This document shows positions 8,485-18,027 of a DNA stretch of 64,000 nt, in pieces. The stretch comes from a virus. The position numbers and the translations under genes were made by a program. The stretch spans positions 32,001-96,000 of IMG/VR virus record IMGVR_UViG_3300048837_000984. The stretch is one strand, 5' to 3'. The notes beneath the pieces were generated by a model. It did no database searches. It was not told the DNA's origin and saw only the letters and a list, made by a program, of their open reading frames with translations. How positions within the stretch are numbered: the first letter of the stretch is position 1; every line of letters begins with the position of its first letter.

Positions 8485-11400
8485 TTAATGTTCCAGCACC
8501 GAAACCTGCTGGTCGATGTCGACGTTGTTGTTGTAGAACGCGCGGATGGCGTCCTTGACGGAAGCAAAAGTCTTTTGACTCTTCTGATTGTCAACCTGAG
8601 CGGTCGCAGCCCACAGACCGCCAACGTATTCCTGGCTCGGTTTGTAGGTGTCAGCCTTGAAGGTCCGGACAGAAAACAGGTTACGACTCGGCATCATCTT
8701 GGCAACCGCCTCGTCACGAGCTTCGTCAGTTGCCGGGACGTAGTAGTTGGAGGTGTTGGATAGAATGACACCGTCCGCCGCCATAAACGTTTCCGGACCC
8801 GGAACAGTCAGGTCGTAGCCGATCTCGACCTGACCTGTCTTCTCAAAGCTCTCGACTGGATCCCAAGTAATGTAGGTGTTCGCCACTACAGTACGCCAGG
8901 TATCCCATTCCGGATGGTCAACCTTACCGCCGGGAATGAACTCGACGATCTTCTCTGCGGCCAACCGAGTGATGTGGCCGGAACTCTTTGCGTCGTGAAA
9001 AGCCGAGTACATCCCGCCGTGACCCGGCAGCCAGGTCTTCCGTTCCTTATTCGGTTTCGGAATCGCCTTGCAGATGAGGTCAGCTATCGCGGTCGGAACA
9101 GGGACGACGTCGTGACGAGCAAGCGGTCCTGACATCTCTACAGGAGCCGATTCCAGCGCAGCTAGCTTGTTCGGATGGACCATGCCACGACCGCCCCACT
9201 GGTGAATGTCGTAGTTAGACGGCGACCAGACCCAGCACGGATTGCCTGCCGGGGTCTTGGAGTTCGTGATACGTCCTCGAATGCCAAGCGACAGCGCCAG
9301 TAGAGATACCTCTTGCGTCAAGCGGAGGCTAGTACTGGTTACATTAGCCATCAGTTGTGGCTTCTTCTTGGCTTTGGAAACCGAGATACTACCGTCGGTG
9401 TCCATAATGCCCGCGAACAGTCCCAGACGAAACTCCCTAGGAGCTTTCAAGAACCACACGGGCAGGTGCTTATACTGCGACTTTTGTCCGATCAACTCAG
9501 CAAGCATGCGTGCCAGGTGGGTGCTATTCCAAGTATGCCACTGGCTCTCTCCGTAGGATGTCTTCGACTCAGTTCGCAGACAAGCCGGTCTCTTGTCCGA
9601 AAACAGTCTGCCGATGATCTGGTCGACCTTGTCGACAATCGGCTGGGTAATGCCAGACAGAACGAACGCCTTGCGTTCCTCCGGTACCCAACCGTCTCCA
9701 GCAGCGCAACCGACAAGATAGCCAAGATCTTCGTTGATCGAAATGTTGTCGAACATTCCGAACTCTCTATTTGACGCGGCGTTGGCATAACCGACCGTTG
9801 CCAGACTGGTTACCGTTGGTTCTGGTCGAGATGCTTCCGGCATCTCGACAACACGCGGAACAAGGACTCGCGCCTCAACCGCTGCTGCCGGTCGAAACCT
9901 CTTGAGCTCGAGCGTCCCTGCCGCCACACCGTACACGGCTCGGGGGTCGTCGTCAGTAAAGATCTGTCGGCCAGATCGAAGATTGACGATTTCCACCGGA
10001 CAGCCGTGATGCTTAGACCAGCGTGAGACCTGAGTCCAGGTTAGCTGTCCGTCAGGTCCGTGCGACAGAACCTTGATGCCTTCAGGAACACGATACCACT
10101 CAATTCGACCAAACTGCCCCTTAGTCTCTTCGATCTGTTCCAGATGCGGGAAGTCCTCCAGGTTGAAAACATAGAGGTCGTCGTTGTTGTCCAGGGTTGG
10201 CAGACGCAGACCAGCTGAAAACGGCATTCGATGCTCCGCTAGATTGGATTGGTCGTTTACTACAATCCAGTCTATATTATTCAGGCAGGTCCTGTCAATA
10301 GAGGCAAAAACGATTCCAATCTGTTGATCTCCATCGAAGTCCATGCCGTAAGAGCCTACAATCGTGGGATTAACCTGCAACACATTGCTCTTCGTCAGCT
10401 TCGGCCAGAACGCCATCTCGCCGTAGCGGTGAAGCACTGGAGCCCGAGTTACGACCACAGGCCGAGAGTCGATCTCACTTAGCAAGGCCTTACGAGCAAT
10501 CTCGTCCCGGTTCTTGACGTACTGCAGGGCATTCACCCGGGAAACACCGTTCATAACCAGTCGGCGGATCACGAACGGGGTGTAGACAGCCCATGCTCGG
10601 TCTTCTGGCAGGCCAACCTCGTCCATGTTCAGGTCAGGGTTTGGTGCTACCACCGCTCGGCCAACCAGGTCCATGTTGGCGCCAAGAAGCTTGTACTGCA
10701 CAGTGCTATACTTCGGCGACGACCCAAAGACCTGCTGTAGCACGCCCTTGATCTTCTTCTCCTGGTTCTTGGGGGATATAGGGTCTCCAATACCAGTTAC
10801 ACCCTTGATAGCGTTGTAAAGCGTTACGCGCTCTTCGGCTGTGTCCGCAACCTGACCCTTGATGGCGTTCAGGTTCTCGTTGGCGTCCCAGGCCTCCTTG
10901 TACAGGTAGTTCACGTCCGACACCAGCTGACCGCCGGTTCCCTGCATGATGGAAACTGGGCGGAACATGGGCGGAAGAACTGGCAGCTTGTTGATCATCC
11001 ACTCGGACGGGTGGACTCCGGTCTTCTTGGCTGCCGCCAGGTAATTGAGTCGCTTAACCGCATCGCTCCGCAAGGTCTTCTTACCCGACCGAATGTCTTC
11101 CCGGGCCTGGGTAATGCCCTGGTCCAGGTTGATGGCCTTCAGTGCGTTGTAAATGGCTTCTGGGCCGGTTGTATCGCCAAGCTTCTCCTGACCGCCAAGA
11201 ACAGCTTCGAACTTCTTCTGGGTCAACCCCAGGAGTTTGCGGATGGGTTCCTCCATGACTGGAGAAGGCATCATCTCGTGGAGCTTGATATAACTCCAGC
11301 GGTTACCGCCATGTGAGCCGGTCAGGGTCGGGTCGAACAGACCGCCCTTGATTGGCTTCATGCCGTCCTTCCAGTCAACGGTTTCCACGTTCTGGAGCTC

Positions 11401-14400
11401 ACGGCCCTCCGCCATGGAGTCAACATCTTTGTCAGTGAGGGCCATCAAGTTGAGATGGCTACCATCACGCTGAACGTTGATACCGGAAGCCTTGAGGCTG
11501 TTGATGAACTTTTCGTAGACCTGTGGAGCCTTGGGAGTGGCCGGGCGGAAACCGCTCATGAACGAGGACCAGTACTCCTGGTTCTTCTGTCCACGAATCA
11601 GCTTTGCGTCCCGAAGGACCTCCGTTGCGCCAGAAGAGAGCAGGGCGTTGCAATCCATAAGCGCGAGTCGTTTACTGTTTGATACGAGAGTCCGGCCGGC
11701 ACAATAGTTGTGCGTCTTCTCCACAGTGAAGTCGTAGACGTTGGTCTCGACGACGTTCTTTTCTGGTACGTACGCTTTGATTTCTTTGATACGCAAAGGA
11801 ACCAACCCCAGCCGGGCATCTTTGTCGATCGGTATCACGGACTGGTTCTCTTGAATAGTCCGTACGGATTCAGCGAGGAATTTTTTGCTTGCTGGAATCA
11901 CTGACCACGGCACCCAGCGGGCGATTTCTTTGATCAATTGTCGGCATAACGCAGCCGATAGACACAAAGCCCCAACAGCGTTTACGGTGCAGGGTTCTTC
12001 ATATCGCCGAGACAGCCAGGTCGCTAGTTTCTTAGCCTCTTCTCGCGTAAATCCGTTTGTTGCGATGTTGCCCGTATAGTTAACGCATCCTTCTTTCTTG
12101 GCCCGGTTCGCTATGGACCCGTCGTCAAGAACCCAGACCGCGACACTCAAGCCTGATAGTTTTTCTAACCACGCGTCCGTAACTGTTTTCTTGCGCTTAA
12201 TTCCAGAGCAACAAGTTTCTGCCAGAGGTTCGAATATATGCCTCGAGCACAGAGACACAACAGAAGAAGCAGAAGACCTGACAATCTCACCACGAATACT
12301 GCAAGGTTGAATCCGAGACGGCCTATCGTAGATGCCGGCACCTAAGCTGGATAGGATTTCGTATTTCCATCGAAGGTATGCGTTTTGCTGAATACAGTGC
12401 TCAAATGTAAACGCACTTACGGATACAGATGAGTCACCGAGCATCGAACCATACATAAGCTCCCACTGGTGTTTAGTGGGTACCAACCCAGCTGTAGCCA
12501 GGTAGTCGCCGGTACGAAGCTCACCTATCGACACCTTCTCACCGGAAGGTCGGAATACTTCGTGATTTTTAGTCACGTGCATAGCCCGACCGTCGGATGT
12601 CTTCACGGTGACGAGGGCGGCTATATTGCAGCGACGAACAAACCAGTCTACGACTCGCCCGTAAGTCCACTCATTCTTTTCGAAGTCGTATGTCTTAACT
12701 TTGACGTTGAGTCTTTTTTCGCAAATCTTACTGATGCGAACAGGACCGTCAGTTGTTGCAATCAGCTGGCGTGGAGCGAAGCACTGTCCACCTTCACCGC
12801 CGCCTTTAGCTGGCATGCCCTCCGCGTTGTAACTGCCGAGACCGCGGCCTTGAGTTTTCGATTCACTGGTGTGATGAAGTTTGAGAATGAACTGGGATCC
12901 GGTAAGGATATCCTTGATATGGCGACCACTGACAGGATCGATCAGCGTCTCGGTATCTCGAATACCGTACTTCTCAGCTTCCTTCTGTGCGTAATCCGTC
13001 CAGTCCTGGACGTCTTCACTCCAGTCGAGAACCTTGTAAGGTTTGCCGGTTTTCGCAGCAACCTTCCCAAGAATGGTCTCAATAATCTGGCTGGGGTTAC
13101 CGCGAGAGATGACGCCCAGGGGGTTCAGAAGGATTTCCATAGCTTCGCCGGCTTCGTTGTGTGGCATCTCACCGTCTGGCACAACAGCCGCAACGATACC
13201 CTTACCGCCAAACCGATTGGCCAGCTTATCACCAACAACCAGCGGCGCGTAAGCCTTGACGGCTACGGTAATGCCCTTGGCTGTCTTGGCCACGTCTGTA
13301 ACAACACCCTCGTTGTGATGGTCCCAGACCACCGAACTATCTGAAAAGGATCCGCCGTGCGATGAGTGGACTTGTCGGTGCGAGACGTCGCGCTGCCGCG
13401 CCATGAGAATCAACGGGTCGCCTTCTTTGACGACAGTACCCGGCTTGATGACACCATCGTCGTCGATCTGGTCAAGAAGTCGACGTTCGTACTTGGTTGG
13501 GAAGATACTGACGAAGTTGTTCTTTCCTTTCTTGCTGCTCTTGTCGAACTCGACACCACTCTGGTACATGTTCTCGCTACTTAATTTTTTAGCAGCCGAC
13601 TCACTGACCACGATCGCGTCTTCGTAGTTCTGCCCACGGAAGCTGATGTAGCCAACCTTCAGGTTCTTACCGAGAGCTACCGTGCCGTTCTCGTCCGTGT
13701 TGTTGGAGCGGGCCAGGAGTTGCCCAGGTCGAACCGGGTCTCCTTCCTTGACAAGCGGAGTGCTGTGGGCAAAGGTCTTTCTGGCGTACGGGAAGTTGTT
13801 GTACAGGTCGTACGTCTTGGTCTCGCCGTCCTCGTACTGGACAGTGATCGAGTCGTTATCGGCTGCTCGGACGCGACCTAACTTGTCAGCGGCGCGGACA
13901 GCCCCAAGGTACTGTCCGTAGTGCTCCTCAAAGCTGGTGTTCGGTTTGCCGGGCATACCCGATTGAACCAGCGGCGCTTCCGGATCCCGAAGCGGTAGAG
14001 CCTGGGTCAAGAAGCGGCTACCCATAGCCACGCGCTGGCCCTTGCTCGATCCCTTGAGTGGGATCATGTTTGCCAAGGGACTAAACGCATTTTCAAAATG
14101 GGGCATGACCAGCTGAACGCTCTCACGCGGCACCATCTTGGTCTGGCCGTTGACCATGGCCACGACGTGTTCCTTGCCACTCCCCATTTCGTTGGGGAAG
14201 GCGATGACGAAGTCGCTAACTTCTTGAGGCGATCGCCAAATCTCTTCACCATTCGGAGTCAAGAACTTGGCGTAGACCTTGTTGTCGGAGCCCTTGCGTG
14301 TGCTAAAGGCCAGGCGGCTGTCGACACCTGCTTTCAAGGATTCCGGGGTACGGATCGTGTCGATGTAACCCAGCTGAGACGGATGGACTGAACGAGCCTC

Positions 14401-16017
14401 ATCTGGGATTGAATCCATGGAATTACCGGACCAGTGACACTTACCGTTTCGTCGGACATAAAGCAAACCACCCGGTACGCTGGCGCAATAGACCTTGGCG
14501 TTATAGTCTTCGATAAAGAACGGATTGCTCTCTGTCGTTCTGGCGACAAGAGCCGTCTCTTTGCCATCTTGACTCACCAAGGCGGTAAACGTGTTGCCGT
14601 GAACCTCTTGCGCCTCTCGAAACATATAACTGCCGGAGGGCTCGAACGACCCGTATACCCGGTGACAGGGCGTAACCAGGTAATCTACCCGGTCGGTCGA
14701 CACTCCGAACATAGGTCCGCGGTAATCGTTTACGTGTAGCGCTGAAGCTTCCTCAAAAACTAGCTCACCGTTAACGTGACAAGCGAACCTTGTGTCTGCG
14801 GTTACTTCCGTCCAGGAAACCCAACCTTTATCGGTAAGAACATCTGTGTCGGCTGAATAGCAGGGAATACCTCCAACACCCATTCGGCTGACCCGGGTCT
14901 GCTGGTCCAGGATCTCAGCCGTGTTGATCTCTTCCAGACCTTGAGCCAATCCGCTGTCGTAGATGGCCGAATTGACCTGCTTGGTTAAAGCATTCGGCTG
15001 GATTGCGTCCAGATTGTTCTTGTACGTGGCTTTCCACAGAAGCTGGTTAAGGGCGTTTCCGGCTCGACTGACTCTCTCAGCAAACAGGTCTTCTGGGCCA
15101 AGAAAGTTCTGGAAAGCCAGATGGTCACGGTCGTCAGGGTCGGCCTGTGCTCTGGAGACGTCCAGTAGCTTCCGGGTCGCTGCCAGAGCGACGGTCTTGT
15201 CCAGGTTACGGTACTTCTGGCCCAGTGTTCGCGAAGTAACCTCTGGGTCAAACTCCATCTTTTGCATGGCAGCCGCGATGGCTTGTTGCTTTTCCTGGAA
15301 GCTGGCTTTGGGGTTGCCTCGCTTGACCAGCCTGGCGTAAATCTTGTCGATGACCTTGGGGTCGTCCTTGAGCGCATTTGCAGCGTACAGATCCTGACCC
15401 CAGGCCTCCTTCATCTCCTTGTCGGTCACACCCAGTGCGCGCATGACCGGAACCAGCGGCATGTGCGACTGGTCAATGTTGATCTTGAAAATACCCGTCT
15501 CCGGATCCAGGAAGTAGCGGTGTGACAGGCCCTTGCCCGGCATGACGTTGAAGTGTGACTCGACTTCACCGTTTTCCTTGACGCGAGTAAAGACGCCAGG
15601 CCGCAACCGCATCTGGTTGATAAGCGCGTATTCGGTGCCGTTCATGATGAACGTGCCCCGAGGCGTAAGGAACGGAACCTGGGCTACGGTAGACTTCTTC
15701 TCAGCTACCGGATTGCCGGCCGGATCCGTTAACCGCCAGGTACCACGAATACGCCGACTCAAGGTGGTACCAGAAAGGATGGCTTCCTTCTGCTTCTTGA
15801 GCGGATACTCTTCCGGGTCTTCGTAGTTCAAGTCGGCCAGACTCAGCTGGTACCTGGAGTTGGAAACCGGCTTTAGGCTACGAAACGAGTTCAGGACATT
15901 GTCGTAGATCGCGCGGCGAGTGGCGGTCACGTCTGTGAAGTCTCTCATGGTCAACGGTTTGACCGGAGAGAGGACTTCCTTGTCCTTGTCCTTGTCGTCA
16001 TCCAGGACGCTGATCAC
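8485..16017 (-). CDS. rpoB: RNA polymerase beta subunit fused to beta' N-terminal part (through the catalytic DFDGD), with three inteins
   Basis: beta motifs GTFIMNG, RSVHPS, GQNYEDAIVVSE, GDKLANRFGGKG, LNPLGVISR, GGQ//SKRLALMD; then beta' motifs KPIKGGLFD, LPVLPPMFRP, GRAVVAPNPDL, TRAPVLHR, DFDGD, PSQEYVGG. Confidence 0.93.
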   Translation of the reverse strand: MISVLDDDKDKDKEVLSPVKPLTMRDFTDVTATRRAIYDNVLNSFRSLKPVSNSRYQLSLADLNYEDPEEYPLKKQKEAILSGTTLSRRIRGTWRLTDPAGNPVAEKKSTVAQVPFLTPRGTFIMNGTEYALINQMRLRPGVFTRVKENGEVESHFNVMPGKGLSHRYFLDPETGIFKINIDQSHMPLVPVMRALGVTDKEMKEAWGQDLYAANALKDDPKVIDKIYARLVKRGNPKASFQEKQQAIAAAMQKMEFDPEVTSRTLGQKYRNLDKTVALAATRKLLDVSRAQADPDDRDHLAFQNFLGPEDLFAERVSRAGNALNQLLWKATYKNNLDAIQPNALTKQVNSAIYDSGLAQGLEEINTAEILDQQTRVSRMGVGGIPCYSADTDVLTDKGWVSWTEVTADTRFACHVNGELVFEEASALHVNDYRGPMFGVSTDRVDYLVTPCHRVYGSFEPSGSYMFREAQEVHGNTFTALVSQDGKETALVARTTESNPFFIEDYNAKVYCASVPGGLLYVRRNGKCHWSGNSMDSIPDEARSVHPSQLGYIDTIRTPESLKAGVDSRLAFSTRKGSDNKVYAKFLTPNGEEIWRSPQEVSDFVIAFPNEMGSGKEHVVAMVNGQTKMVPRESVQLVMPHFENAFSPLANMIPLKGSSKGQRVAMGSRFLTQALPLRDPEAPLVQSGMPGKPNTSFEEHYGQYLGAVRAADKLGRVRAADNDSITVQYEDGETKTYDLYNNFPYARKTFAHSTPLVKEGDPVRPGQLLARSNNTDENGTVALGKNLKVGYISFRGQNYEDAIVVSESAAKKLSSENMYQSGVEFDKSSKKGKNNFVSIFPTKYERRLLDQIDDDGVIKPGTVVKEGDPLILMARQRDVSHRQVHSSHGGSFSDSSVVWDHHNEGVVTDVAKTAKGITVAVKAYAPLVVGDKLANRFGGKGIVAAVVPDGEMPHNEAGEAMEILLNPLGVISRGNPSQIIETILGKVAAKTGKPYKVLDWSEDVQDWTDYAQKEAEKYGIRDTETLIDPVSGRHIKDILTGSQFILKLHHTSESKTQGRGLGSYNAEGMPAKGGGEGGQCFAPRQLIATTDGPVRISKICEKRLNVKVKTYDFEKNEWTYGRVVDWFVRRCNIAALVTVKTSDGRAMHVTKNHEVFRPSGEKVSIGELRTGDYLATAGLVPTKHQWELMYGSMLGDSSVSVSAFTFEHCIQQNAYLRWKYEILSSLGAGIYDRPSRIQPCSIRGEIVRSSASSVVSLCSRHIFEPLAETCCSGIKRKKTVTDAWLEKLSGLSVAVWVLDDGSIANRAKKEGCVNYTGNIATNGFTREEAKKLATWLSRRYEEPCTVNAVGALCLSAALCRQLIKEIARWVPWSVIPASKKFLAESVRTIQENQSVIPIDKDARLGLVPLRIKEIKAYVPEKNVVETNVYDFTVEKTHNYCAGRTLVSNSKRLALMDCNALLSSGATEVLRDAKLIRGQKNQEYWSSFMSGFRPATPKAPQVYEKFINSLKASGINVQRDGSHLNLMALTDKDVDSMAEGRELQNVETVDWKDGMKPIKGGLFDPTLTGSHGGNRWSYIKLHEMMPSPVMEEPIRKLLGLTQKKFEAVLGGQEKLGDTTGPEAIYNALKAINLDQGITQAREDIRSGKKTLRSDAVKRLNYLAAAKKTGVHPSEWMINKLPVLPPMFRPVSIMQGTGGQLVSDVNYLYKEAWDANENLNAIKGQVADTAEERVTLYNAIKGVTGIGDPISPKNQEKKIKGVLQQVFGSSPKYSTVQYKLLGANMDLVGRAVVAPNPDLNMDEVGLPEDRAWAVYTPFVIRRLVMNGVSRVNALQYVKNRDEIARKALLSEIDSRPVVVTRAPVLHRYGEMAFWPKLTKSNVLQVNPTIVGSYGMDFDGDQQIGIVFASIDRTCLNNIDWIVVNDQSNLAEHRMPFSAGLRLPTLDNNDDLYVFNLEDFPHLEQIEETKGQFGRIEWYRVPEGIKVLSHGPDGQLTWTQVSRWSKHHGCPVEIVNLRSGRQIFTDDDPRAVYGVAAGTLELKRFRPAAAVEARVLVPRVVEMPEASRPEPTVTSLATVGYANAASNREFGMFDNISINEDLGYLVGCAAGDGWVPEERKAFVLSGITQPIVDKVDQIIGRLFSDKRPACLRTESKTSYGESQWHTWNSTHLARMLAELIGQKSQYKHLPVWFLKAPREFRLGLFAGIMDTDGSISVSKAKKKPQLMANVTSTSLRLTQEVSLLALSLGIRGRITNSKTPAGNPCWVWSPSNYDIHQWGGRGMVHPNKLAALESAPVEMSGPLARHDVVPVPTAIADLICKAIPKPNKERKTWLPGHGGMYSAFHDAKSSGHITRLAAEKIVEFIPGGKVDHPEWDTWRTVVANTYITWDPVESFEKTGQVEIGYDLTVPGPETFMAADGVILSNTSNYYVPATDEARDEAVAKMMPSRNLFSVRTFKADTYKPSQEYVGGLWAATAQVDNQKSQKTFASVKDAIRAFYNNNVDIDQQVSVLEH
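8755..10326 (-). mobile_element. Atypical intein (~524 aa) with LAGLIDADG endonuclease, inserted directly after DFDGD
   Basis: Ends GYDLTVPGPETFMAADGVILSN/T; LGYLVGCAAGDG and FAGIMDTDGS; extein rejoins as DFDGD-TSNYYVP; N-terminal junction inferred. Confidence 0.8.
11677..12783 (-). mobile_element. Intein (369 aa) with LAGLIDADG-type endonuclease in beta GGQ-R motif
   Basis: CFAPRQ...TKNHE...YGSMLGDS...WVLDDGS...VYDFTVEKTHNYCAGRTLVSN/S. Confidence 0.9.
14422..14862 (-). mobile_element. Mini-intein (147 aa) in beta
   Basis: CYSADTDVLT...TPCHR...VYCASVPGGLLYVRRNGKCHWSGN/S. Confidence 0.9.
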
Positions 16018-16027
16018 AGGTCACCCC

Positions 16028-17335
16028 TTAGCTGAGCTCTTCTGCCTCTTCCTCGTCGTCTCTGTCGAGCTTCTTGGGCGAGATGTAAATCTCGGGCGGG
16101 TTCTGCAGAGCGCGAGACTGAGCTCGAATAGCCAAAGCCTTCTCAATGTTTCTGTCCGGAGCCTGTCCGCGAGTGTGATGGTACATGCCGCCAGCAGCCA
16201 GGGCAGCCAGCAGGCCAGCAATGGTCAAGTAAGATCCGGTACCGAAGCCAAGAACGTCTCGGGCGTCCGGTAACCCGAACAGGGCCTTCTTTTCCATTTC
16301 GTCGAAACAGGCATCCAGGACCTTGGAGTTGGCTGCCTTGTCGTACATGCTCTGGAGCTCTTCATCGAACTCCTCCTTGGCCTGGTCGAGCTCACCCTTG
16401 CGGTCGACTTTCTCCCGCTTTTTGGAGAGCCAGTTAGCAAGGGCGCTGCCACCGAGGTAGCCACCACCGAGAGCCGCGGTTGCCGCGGGCAGGAACCACC
16501 ACTTGGAAGCCTGTTCCCAGGTCGGTGCCAGGTCACCTTCCGGCCTCATGTCTGGGAGTTCAAACGACGGAATATAGCTTTTAAGCTTTTCCCAGTCGAT
16601 GAGAGGCGCAACAGGATCGCCATCTCCACCAACCTTAGCCATAGCGTACTTGCCGCGTTTCTTCTTCTTTTTCCGCTCCGGAAAGGCGAGGTCTACCGCG
16701 GTAACCGTCTCACGTGGTTCCGGTGATGCGAAGACATTATTTTTAAGTAGGTGCCAGAGAGCGCCGCCAGCCAATCCCGCACCGCCAAAAGCAAGACCGT
16801 ATTGCAGGACCTTGCTCAGTGCTGCTCGGTTTGACTCGTCGTCAGCCTTCTGGCTGAGCGGGACGTACTCAGACGTGTCGACGGGAGCTGGGCTTTTCGA
16901 CGGCGACGTGAGAGAACTCCACGTGTTCTGGAGCGAACCCAGCATCCTCGCTCCGATTGGGTTTGGTGGAGCTTCAGTCTTGGGAGCTTCAGTCTTGGGA
17001 GCTTCAGTCTTGGGAGCTTCAGTCTTGGGAGCTTCAGTCTGGTTGTATATACGCCCGACCGTCCCTCCTGTCGGAAACGTCGGCTTTACGGGTTCGGAGT
17101 CCTTTTTGGACCCGGGGTTATTTGAGGGCGTATGCCGAACAATATGGACGAGCTCCGACAGGGGCGGACCCGTTGGCGTCGGACGTGAGTCGCTACGCGG
17201 TTTTTTTACGAGATCGACGAGCGTGCTCTGCGGGATTCCAGATCCTGGCGGAGCGTCGGGGTCTTTGGGTTGTGACAACCACCACCACAGGCCCGGCCCA
17301 GGTGCAGCTAGTTTCTCTGTCAACTTACTGGCCAT
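16028..17335 (-). CDS. Putative virion protein with glycine-rich hydrophobic helices and TEAPK repeats
   Basis: Start moved to MASKL; three Gly-zipper-like segments; EKLAA, AKVGG, DKAAN, EKKAL motifs. Confidence 0.8.
   Translation of the reverse strand: MASKLTEKLAAPGPGLWWWLSQPKDPDAPPGSGIPQSTLVDLVKKPRSDSRPTPTGPPLSELVHIVRHTPSNNPGSKKDSEPVKPTFPTGGTVGRIYNQTEAPKTEAPKTEAPKTEAPKTEAPPNPIGARMLGSLQNTWSSLTSPSKSPAPVDTSEYVPLSQKADDESNRAALSKVLQYGLAFGGAGLAGGALWHLLKNNVFASPEPRETVTAVDLAFPERKKKKKRGKYAMAKVGGDGDPVAPLIDWEKLKSYIPSFELPDMRPEGDLAPTWEQASKWWFLPAATAALGGGYLGGSALANWLSKKREKVDRKGELDQAKEEFDEELQSMYDKAANSKVLDACFDEMEKKALFGLPDARDVLGFGTGSYLTIAGLLAALAAGGMYHHTRGQAPDRNIEKALAIRAQSRALQNPPEIYISPKKLDRDDEEEAEELS
16968..17040 (-). 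repeat. 15-bp tandem repeat x5 encoding TEAPK
   Basis: (tg)ggagcttcagtct x5 with period 15. Confidence 0.95.
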
Positions 17336-17699
17336 CTTGAAGTCCCCTGTTCGCATGTGCTTCGGGCGTCAACTGCCCGTATGGTTGAGCCCACTCCACA
17401 TAGACAAACCGAATCCGGCCCGTGGTCTCGTCCTTGGTATGTTCCCGGTGCTGGATCTGGAACCACTGGTTGACCGCACGATCCATCACGTACTGGTAGT
17501 ACTTCTTATCCTCTTCGTCAGCCAGGTCGAACTCGTGGAACTTGAAGTCCCAGTGGACCTCGACCTTGTCCATGATCTCGTCGCCAGCCAGAATCGGTGC
17601 GGACTGCCCTCGGAAGGGGATGCCTCCAAGAGCCTTGGACCAGAACAGGTGACCCAGATGATCGTCGGACTGCTCGCCGAAGTACTTCATCAGGCTCAT
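17325..17699 (-). CDS. Hypothetical protein (124 aa)
   Basis: AGG SD, packed in operon. Confidence 0.8.
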   Translation of the reverse strand: MSLMKYFGEQSDDHLGHLFWSKALGGIPFRGQSAPILAGDEIMDKVEVHWDFKFHEFDLADEEDKKYYQYVMDRAVNQWFQIQHREHTKDETTGRIRFVYVEWAQPYGQLTPEAHANRGLQDGQ

Positions 17700-17703
17700 T
17701 TTC

Positions 17704-18027
17704 TTACCTCGATCGGATCATCTTCAGTTTCTTTTGCTGCCGAGCCAGATCGGTGAGGCGCTTGTACTCAGCGATCAGCTCTTGCTTCTTAACTGTATCA
17801 ACGTCGATCGGCTGTTCTTGCGCCTTGGCCGCAACATGACCGGCTCCCGCACCAAGGGCGAGTGGCAGGCCGATACCCGCGGCTAGAAGAATTCCAGCCG
17901 TGGTTGGGGAAAGGATGGAGAAGGCCAGCTTCTCAATTCTCTGGTTGACCTGCTCTTCGTTGAGACCTTCGTCGGCACAACGAAGAAGAAAACCGACCTT
18001 GAAGGCTTCTCGTTTCGAGAGCATCAC
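17704..18027 (-). CDS. Small glycine-zipper membrane/virion protein (107 aa)
   Basis: EKLAF followed by ILLAAGIGLPLALGAGAG; GTGA overlap. Confidence 0.8.
   Translation of the reverse strand: MMLSKREAFKVGFLLRCADEGLNEEQVNQRIEKLAFSILSPTTAGILLAAGIGLPLALGAGAGHVAAKAQEQPIDVDTVKKQELIAEYKRLTDLARQQKKLKMIRSR

Noticed and set aside
14422-14862. Class 3 intein call because of Cys in block F (VYCASV)
   Set aside because: It begins with a canonical Cys and has TxxH, so standard class 1 splicing is sufficient.
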